64,000 nt of DNA from Verrucomicrobia bacterium UBA1319 (GTDB lineage Bacteria > Verrucomicrobiota > Verrucomicrobiia > Limisphaerales > UBA1319): NCBI GenBank assembly GCA_002306985.1, contig DBTJ01000170.1, positions 165-64,164 on the forward strand. The letters run 5' to 3'. The notes beneath the pieces were generated by a model. The model saw only the letters and a program-made list of their open reading frames with translations, ran no database searches and was not told the origin of the DNA. This document shows positions 17,405-25,300 of the stretch, one piece after another. Numbering within the stretch: position 1 is the stretch's first letter; every line of letters begins with the position of its first letter. The translations under genes were made by a program, and so were the position numbers.

Positions 17405-18610
17405 ATGAAGCACATCATCTTTTTGGGCGATGGCATGTCCGATTATCCCGTGGCACGGTTGGGAGGGAAAACGCCATTGCAAGCAGCACGCAAACCGCAT
17501 ATGGATCGGATCGCCCGGGAAGGCACTTGCGGATTGCTGCGCACCATCGAAGACGACGTGGCTCCCGGCAGCGGGGCGGCCAACCTGGCGGTCATGGGAT
17601 ACGATCCGCGCCAAGTGCTTCAGGGAAGAGGGGTTTTGGAAGCGGCAAGCATGGGTGTGGACATCCGGCCAAACGAAATCGCCATGCGCTGCAACCTCAT
17701 CTGCCTGGTGGACGGCAAAATCAAAAACCACTCCGCCGGTCATATTACTTCCGAAGAATCGGAGGAGATCATCAAAACCATCGAGGCCGAACTCGGTTCG
17801 GTAGCCGGGCATTTTTATGCGGGCGTGAGTTATCGCCATTTATTTGTGGGCGTGGACCTGGATCCTAGGCTGGATTGCGCCCCCCCGCATGATTATCCGG
17901 GAGAATCCGCAGAGGCCCACTGGATCAAGCCTAAAACCCCGGAAGCCAAAGCCACCGCCGATTTGCTCAATGACTTAACTCGCCGCTCCTGGGCGATACT
18001 TAAAGATCACCCCATCAACCGCAAACGCATGGCCGCCGGCAAAGATCCCGGCAACTCGATTTGGCTCTGGTCACCCGGAAGACGCCCGAAAATGTGGACC
18101 TTCCCGGAACGCTTCGGGGTATCGGGCACCGTTATTTCCGCGGTGGATCTCATCCGGGGAATCGGCGTTTACGCAGGCTTGAAAACCGTGCGCGTCCCCG
18201 GGGCAACCGGCCTGTATAACACGAACTATGAAGGCAAAGCCGACGCCTGCCTTAAAGCCTTGGAAACGGACGATTTTTGCTATGTCCACGTCGAAGCCCC
18301 GGACGAAGCGGGACATGACGGCAACCTGGAGCTGAAGATAAAAACGATCGAAGATCTCGACGCGCGTCTGATAGGCCGCGTACTTGAAGGCATTGAACGC
18401 CAAGGTCTTGAAGCGGTGGTGGCCGTTTTACCCGATCACCCTACCCCCGTCGAAACACGCATCCACGCGCGCGACGCGGTACCCTTTGCCATCCGCGATC
18501 CGCGCCGCAAAGGTGATAGCGTAACCCAATACGATGAAGTCAGTTGCGCCAAAGGCAGCTTCGGATTACTCCACGGTGATTCCTTCATCCGGCAAGTGTT
18601 CGGTAAATAG
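17405..18610 (+). CDS. apgM: Cofactor-independent phosphoglycerate mutase, archaeal/ApgM type (alkaline-phosphatase superfamily)
   Basis: MKHIIFLGDGMSDYPVARLGGKTPLQAARKPHMDRIAREG...YVHVEAPDEAGHDGN...VLPDHPTP. Confidence 0.82.
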   Translation: MKHIIFLGDGMSDYPVARLGGKTPLQAARKPHMDRIAREGTCGLLRTIEDDVAPGSGAANLAVMGYDPRQVLQGRGVLEAASMGVDIRPNEIAMRCNLICLVDGKIKNHSAGHITSEESEEIIKTIEAELGSVAGHFYAGVSYRHLFVGVDLDPRLDCAPPHDYPGESAEAHWIKPKTPEAKATADLLNDLTRRSWAILKDHPINRKRMAAGKDPGNSIWLWSPGRRPKMWTFPERFGVSGTVISAVDLIRGIGVYAGLKTVRVPGATGLYNTNYEGKADACLKALETDDFCYVHVEAPDEAGHDGNLELKIKTIEDLDARLIGRVLEGIERQGLEAVVAVLPDHPTPVETRIHARDAVPFAIRDPRRKGDSVTQYDEVSCAKGSFGLLHGDSFIRQVFGK

Positions 18611-19422
18611 GCCTCCCGATCTTTGAAGCAAACTCATTCATTCCGTCCTAAGAGAAACCGGACGACCGGCCCGGAGGTTTCGCTATCGGCGCGCGTCCAC
18701 GCGAGCCTTCTCTTTTATAAACACTTACAAACTTTAAAATTGCGACAACTAACATATTACGCAACTCCGCTTGCATCTCGGTGTTTACTATCTGGCGGCG
18801 GCGAGGCGATTGGACCGGCGTAAGGTCGACCGACACGTTTAAATGACGGCGGAGATATAGGAAAAACCAATTCTGATAATTTTGAAAATTGATGACCTGA
18901 ATGGGAGCGGGTTTCATCGATCTTTATGTCTATTAAACACAATGATCGAGCCAGCTCGCCTAACCGGGATCTCCCGCTTGAGGGTGGAACCGGGAAGGTA
19001 AACCCGCCAACTGCCGGAGATTTGGGTTATACTTTGGTTTGCAGGATGTTCGGTGGCGAAAAGCTTTGCTGCAACCTTTCGTGGTTCTCCGTTGTCCAGC
19101 CTTCAATAAGACGAATTTTTAAGGTCTGGTTTTCCCCAGTGGCTGGCGGCGTCTCAGCCGATATTTTGACGCTAATTCCACACCTCATTCCCAGCATTTG
19201 GAATCACCCATTTTCGCAAGTCACTGTCCCGGCGAACACTCGTAATTTTTGGATTGGCACCGTTTTTGCTACGATAATCGTTAGCTACAACCAAACGCCG
19301 CCAGGGCGGCAAGGAAAACACCAAGGCACACACCTGATTGGGCCTGAAAGAAGCTGGCCCGTAAAAAAAATGCTTCGATTCGAGTGGGGGTATTGCGGTT
19401 AATTGGAAGACGAAAACAAAAT

Positions 19423-22197
19423 ATGAAGAGTATCAAAGGCTGGATGCTGAATTGGCCCGTGTTTCGAACCGGAAACTCCTGGGGTCATCTACCTGCCCAT
19501 CGAATCATGGTTGTCTTGTGGCTTGCTCAAACCCTGGTAGCCGGAGTTCTGGCAGCAGACACAAATTATTCGCGGCGGGTGGAGTTTTTAGAGCCCCAGC
19601 GCACGGTTTACTACCTCGATCCCACCAGCACGACAACGAACGCCTCCCCGGCAAAATCTTCCCTGTCGAGCGGCAAAGATACCTGGACTCGCGCGGTAAA
19701 ATCTAAAGGAGCGTCAAATTCGATATATTTTGGCAGTCGACTCGTCCTTAAGACCAAAACCGGGACTAATGTGGAGGCTGTGATTTCCGGACGCGGGCTG
19801 CAAATCGCCCGCGAATTGCCCAACGGCATTTACATATTGCAGGCTACCAATAGCGCCGCCGCCATTGATGCCGCCGAAGCCCTGGCCAAAGAACCGGGTG
19901 TCACCATCAGTTATCCGGTGGCCCGACGCGCGGCCCAAAAACTGGGCCGTTTCTCCGCCAAACCAAACGACACCTATTTTTCCAAGCTCTGGTATTTGGA
20001 AAATCGCGATGACAATGGCACCCCGCTCGGCATCGACCTGAACACCCGCGAAGCGTGGTCCGAGACCACAGGCAAAGGCATTATTGTGGCGATCGCCGAT
20101 GACGGTGTGGACTTAACCCATCCCGACCTAGCCGCTAACGTAACCACCGGACCGCACCACAACTTCGATGACAGCTCCGCTGATGCCAACCCCCAATTTA
20201 GCGATTCCAACCACGGCACCCCGGTGGCAGGACTGGTCGGCGCGGTGGGTAACAACGGTGTGGGCGTCTCGGGCGTCGCGCCTCAAGTCTCGCTGGCCAG
20301 CTGGGTTATTTGGGGTTCCCCCATCGGCGGCAGCGATCAAATTATCAGCGACGAAGCGCTTATGGAGATGTTTCAATACCAGTCCAACGTGGTATCGATT
20401 CAAAACCACAGCTGGGGCAACGCCAGCGGCACTCAATCCGGCATCGACGCTTTGAGCGACATTGGCATCGCCAACGCCGTCACCAAAGGTCGCGATGGAA
20501 AAGGCGCCGTGATCGTGCGCGCCGGCGGCAATATGCGCTTACCCCTCGATTACGGAACCTACGTCGTGGCCGGGATGAATGCCAACGACGACGGATTCGC
20601 CAGCGACCCACGGGTGATCGCGGTGGCCGCCGCGCGGTATGACGGGCTTTTTTGCAGATATTCCTCTCCCGGAGCTTGCCTCCTGGTAGGGGCGCCCAGC
20701 GGCGACCCGGACCAGGACTATGGCACCGAAGATCCCGCCGCTCCCAACCTTATGACCACCGACCGACAAGGTTCGGCGGGCTACAACTCGAGCAGTTCAG
20801 GCGCGGGCAATAACTATTGCTTCGGAGATACGGGTTTCAATGGCACCTCGGCGGCCACGCCGGAAATCAGTGGGGTGGCCGCCTTAATCCTCTCGGTCAA
20901 CACCAACCTCACCTACCGCGACGTGCAGCAAGTCTTGCTTCAATCCGCGCATTACCTGAACACGAACGACGGCGATTTGCACACGAATGCGGCGGGATTC
21001 ACGATCGGGCATAATCTTGGTTACGGCGTTCCCGACGCGGGATTTGCGGTCGCCCTGGCGAAACATTGGTCGAACCGGCCGGCCGCCACCGAAGTGACGT
21101 TCGGCCCGGCGTCCGCCTTGCCCGCAATTCCCACCAACGCCCTCCGGGTGGTATGTGGCGGCGAAGGTATCGACGCGGCGCTCACCTCGATCAGCTGCTG
21201 GCCAAGCGATGGCGTCCATGCCGACGCCTCCACCGCGGCCCTGCCACTGGTTTACGTGGGCCAGGCTACCAACACCCTTACCGTGGATTTAAAAGGCAAG
21301 GCGGCGTTGATCCAGCGCGGGGTGAATTACTTTGAGGACAAAATCAACCATGCCGCGGCGGCGGGCGCGGCGTTCGTTATTATTTTCGACAACACCACCT
21401 CCACCACCCGCGTGTTGATGCAGGCGCCCTTCGCTTCCATCCCGGCGGTTTTCATCAATAAAGCCAGCGGCGAAGCGTTGCGCGATTATGCGCAAAGCCA
21501 GCCCGACAATACCGCGCAAATCGTTTACTCGCCCGCCACCGCCACGTTCGAGGTGACCAATACGCTCGCTTGCGAGCATGTGGGCTTGAAATTGACCACC
21601 ACTTCCACTTCGCGCGGCGACCTGCATATTGCCTTGGTCTCGCCTTCCGGTACGCGCAGCGTGCTCCAAAACATCACCACCGACGACTCTTCGGCTCCGG
21701 ACGGCTGGACCTTCTGGTCCGTGCACCACTTTTACGAAAGCAGCGTGGGCCAGTGGAAACTTGAAATTGGCAATGAATTATCGGCTTCGACCAACGTAGT
21801 TACCGAAGCCCAGCTCATAATTCAAGGCGTGGCGATCACCGATACCGACCACGATGGTTTGGATGACAATTGGGAAATGGCCAAGTTCGGCACGCTGGCG
21901 TACGACCTAACCGACGATCCCGATGGCGATGGCTATAGCAACGCTCGCGAGCAATGCCTGGACACCAATCCGTCGGTCTACGATCCCATCCTGGGTTTTG
22001 ACATTTCGTACTGGGATTCCAGCCACGTCCGGATTGCGTTGCCGGCGAAATCGGGCGCCAGTTACAATGTTCTGTCCACCTCTAACCTAAGCCAGACTCC
22101 CACGGTGGTGACGAATGTGGCGGGCCGCTTGCCGGAAGTGGAAGTCGTGGTGCCAGCCACGACTAACGCCTTCTTTTACTTGGTCCCCACGCGGTAA
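19423..22197 (+). CDS. Secreted S8 subtilase of kexin/furin type with PA domain, proprotein-convertase P-domain, TSP3-like Ca-binding repeats and a divergent copy of the shared C-terminal module
   Basis: Catalytic triad contexts: VAIADDGVDLTHPDL, HGTPVAGLVGAVGNNGVGVSGVAP, GTSAATPEISGVAALI. PA domain: LKGKAALIQRGVNYFEDKINHAAAAGAAFVIIFDN. P-domain: CEHVGLKLTTTSTSRGDLHIALVSPSGTRSVLQ...WTFWSVHHFYESSVGQWKLEI. TSP3-like: DTDHDGLDDNWE..DDPDGDGYSNAREQ. The start could be 19423 or a downstream ATG (MVVLWLAQTLVAGVLAAD). Confidence 0.85.
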   Translation: MKSIKGWMLNWPVFRTGNSWGHLPAHRIMVVLWLAQTLVAGVLAADTNYSRRVEFLEPQRTVYYLDPTSTTTNASPAKSSLSSGKDTWTRAVKSKGASNSIYFGSRLVLKTKTGTNVEAVISGRGLQIARELPNGIYILQATNSAAAIDAAEALAKEPGVTISYPVARRAAQKLGRFSAKPNDTYFSKLWYLENRDDNGTPLGIDLNTREAWSETTGKGIIVAIADDGVDLTHPDLAANVTTGPHHNFDDSSADANPQFSDSNHGTPVAGLVGAVGNNGVGVSGVAPQVSLASWVIWGSPIGGSDQIISDEALMEMFQYQSNVVSIQNHSWGNASGTQSGIDALSDIGIANAVTKGRDGKGAVIVRAGGNMRLPLDYGTYVVAGMNANDDGFASDPRVIAVAAARYDGLFCRYSSPGACLLVGAPSGDPDQDYGTEDPAAPNLMTTDRQGSAGYNSSSSGAGNNYCFGDTGFNGTSAATPEISGVAALILSVNTNLTYRDVQQVLLQSAHYLNTNDGDLHTNAAGFTIGHNLGYGVPDAGFAVALAKHWSNRPAATEVTFGPASALPAIPTNALRVVCGGEGIDAALTSISCWPSDGVHADASTAALPLVYVGQATNTLTVDLKGKAALIQRGVNYFEDKINHAAAAGAAFVIIFDNTTSTTRVLMQAPFASIPAVFINKASGEALRDYAQSQPDNTAQIVYSPATATFEVTNTLACEHVGLKLTTTSTSRGDLHIALVSPSGTRSVLQNITTDDSSAPDGWTFWSVHHFYESSVGQWKLEIGNELSASTNVVTEAQLIIQGVAITDTDHDGLDDNWEMAKFGTLAYDLTDDPDGDGYSNAREQCLDTNPSVYDPILGFDISYWDSSHVRIALPAKSGASYNVLSTSNLSQTPTVVTNVAGRLPEVEVVVPATTNAFFYLVPTR

Positions 22198-22284
22198 ACA
22201 ATTCTCCGCATTAAACCGTGAGTCCCAGGTTTGGGTAACAGCGGAACCTAGACATCGGAGTGGCTCCCGGCCATAAAAAACGAA

Positions 22285-22306
22285 CGGCGCGCGTTTGCGC
22301 GCGCCG
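22285..22306. terminator. GC-rich hairpin (CGGCGCGCG-TTTG-CGCGCGCCG) between the two protease genes; its T-tract lies on the minus-strand side
   Basis: Read directly: a 9-bp perfect stem. The plus strand has AAAAAACGAA before and CTCTTGG after. The minus strand therefore reads stem + TTCGTTTTTTAT, a canonical intrinsic terminator, although both flanking genes are on the plus strand. Confidence 0.6.
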
Positions 22307-22384
22307 CTCTTGGTATCCCCCCCCCATCCGCCACGCTTGCCGATTGAACTTATGGCAGACGGACAATTATTGAGGAGCAACTGT

Positions 22385-25300
22385 ATGGAGAACCGCAAGT
22401 CTGTCCTCCCGAAATGGGCGGATATTTGCCTACTCTTGGTTTTATTCGCCAGCGCGGGCTTCGGAGCGCCGGCGCCCCGCTACCGTTCGGACCGCATCTT
22501 AATCCAGCCAAAGGCGGGGGAAGATTCCGGAACGCTCGCGAAAAAACACGCCGCCAAAGGGGTATCCATCCTGCACGAATACGGCAACCTGCGCCATCTC
22601 CAAGTCTTGGGGCTGGCCACCAACATGGAGGTGCTGGAGACGGTCCGCGAGTATCAAGAAAGCGGGCTGGTGGAGTACGCGGAACCCGATTACATTCTGC
22701 GCGCCTCGCTGGAGCCAAACGATCCGAGTTTCACTAGCGGCACCTTGTGGGGCCTAAAAAACACCGGGCAAAGCGGCGGCCGAGCGGGCGTTGATATTGC
22801 CGCGACCAACGGTTGGGCCATCACGCATGACGCTTCCTCGGTGGTCGTCGCCGTAATCGATACCGGCGTCCGTTACACGCACCAAGATCTAGCCTCCAAC
22901 ATGTGGATCAATCCCAAAGTGGTGGCGGGCAGCGGCGTCAGTCCCTATGGCACCAATGTGCTGGGCGTAAACAAAGATCCCATGGATGATGGCGGCCATG
23001 GCACCCATGTGGCCGGCATTATTGGGGCCGTGGGCAACGACGGGGTGGGGGTGGTGGGCGTGGCTTGGAAAGTCCAAATCATGGCCCTGAAATTCCTGGA
23101 TAGCACGGGGAGCGGCTCGCTTTCCGACGCCATTCGCTGCCTTGATTATGCCCGGCAAAACGGCGCCCACATCGTCAACGCCAGCTGGGGTGACACTAAT
23201 TTTTCGCTCTCGCTTTACAACGCCATCGAACAAACTCGGCAGGCGGGCATTATCTTGGTGGCGGCCGCCGCCAACGATGGTCTGAACACTGACGTGTACC
23301 CCAATTATCCATCGGGCTATCCTTTGGATAACGTGGTGTCGGTGGGAGCGATCGATCGCTATGGCGACCTCCCCTCCTATTCGAATTACGGCGCCCGGAC
23401 AGTCCACTTGGCGGCCCCCGGCTCCGCGATCTATTCCTGCTGGTACACCAGCGACTCGCAATACGCCACCGCCTCGGGCACATCCATGGCGACGCCTTAC
23501 GTGGCCGGTGTTTTGGCGTTACTCAAATCCACTTATCCGACGGAAAATTACCGTCAGCTCATCGCCCGGCTGATGGCCAACACCACGCCACTAACCACGC
23601 TTGACCGGAAATGCGTCTCCGGTGGAATGGCCAATCTCGCCGCCGCCTTGAGCGCGGAAACGGTGCCCAGTTTTACCGCCTCCGCTTACGCCGGCAGCGC
23701 GCCCTTACAACTCTGGGTCACCAACACCTCCATCGGCGCGACGGGCTGTCGTTGGGATTTTGGCGATGGCTCCCCGGCGGTCACTGACACCACGCCCTCC
23801 CACGCCTATGCCACTCCGGGCTTTTACACCACGACCCTCACAATCACCAACCGCTCGGGGACCGCCATTTCCACCGCGCGTGAAATTGCCGTTTTAGATA
23901 ATTATCTAATGCAATCGACCAACTACAATTGGATCGATACCAGCCTTTTGAGCCGGGTGACCTTGACCACCAACGACATTAGCGACGCGGTCTCCCTCCC
24001 GTTTCCCTTCGTGTTCTATGGTAAAACCAACACGCAACTTTACATCGGCGCCAATGGCATTCTGGGATTCAAAGCGGCGGAATTGAATCTGGCCGATAAT
24101 GTTAATTTCCCCAGCGTGCAAACCCCGCACGGAGTGATCTGCCCGTACTGGGATGGACTATCCGTGCCCAGCAGCGGCGGAATATATGCGGGCGCGGTGG
24201 GCGAGGCGCCTAACCGCAAAATGGTCATCTCTTGGGTGGGGGTGTACAGTTCATCCGCTCCGCTCACCTTTCAAGCCGTGCTCAGCGAAGGCTCGCCCAA
24301 TATCCTATTCCAATACAAGGAAGTTACCCCTAACAATTCCCGCGGAGCCGGTCGTCGGGCCACCGTGGGGATCGAAGATGATTCAGGCACCGTCTGCGCC
24401 AAGTATACGTATAACGGATCGCCCTCGATACTCGCCAATCAACAAGCCTGGTTGTTTACCCCGCAAGTTTTCGTGTATGAGCCCCCCACCGTGGCTTTGA
24501 CCAGCCCCACCAACGGCACAGTGTTGACCGCCCCGGCTAGCTTGGCTTTAACCGCCGAGGCGGCCAGCACTGGCAGTGTCATCACCCAAGTTGAGTTCTT
24601 GGCGGGTACCCAGTCTTTAGGAATCGACACCACTAGCCCGTACCAACTGGCCTTCTCCAGCTTAGGCTCGGGCACCTATGCTCTGACGGCAAAAGCCACC
24701 GATGCCAAGGGCGCATCCACCACCTCTGCCCCCATTCAGATCACCATCGACCAGCCGCCAGTGGTAGCCATTGCCAACCTAGCCGATGGCGGCAGAGTTT
24801 CCGCTTCCAACCCATTGACGTTGGTGGCGGAGGCAACCGATAGCGATGGCCAGGTGATAACCATCGAGTTTTATTCGGGAACGAACTTGCTAGGCATAAC
24901 CAGCGGCAACCAACCAAGTGTCACGCTCCAGGCGTTTCCCGAGGGAGTCTATATCCTATCGGCCCGAGCCGTGGACGATCTGGGCATTGCCACGATTTCC
25001 CCTGCCATCACCATCACTTCCGTGGCCCCCCCAACCGTCACTTTGACGGCCCCTGTGGACGGAGCCCAATTTTCCGGGGCGACCGCGCTTTCCTTGCAGG
25101 CACAAGCGTTCAACACCGGCGCGGCGGTGACCCAAGTTGAGTTTTTCGCCGGCGCCAACCTCTTAGGGATTGCCACCCATAGCCCCTATAGCTTGGAGGT
25201 TTCGAGTCTAACCGCGGGCCGGTACCGCCTGACCGCTCGAGCCACCGATGAGTTGGGAGGTATCGGTTGGTCCAGCGCAGCCAACATCGTCATCGACCAG

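Noticed and set aside
18926-19402. 158-aa ORF upstream of subtilase 1.
   Set aside because: No recognisable domain, signal or RBS. It lies in an AT-rich presumed regulatory region and its end abuts the protease start, so it was treated as non-coding.
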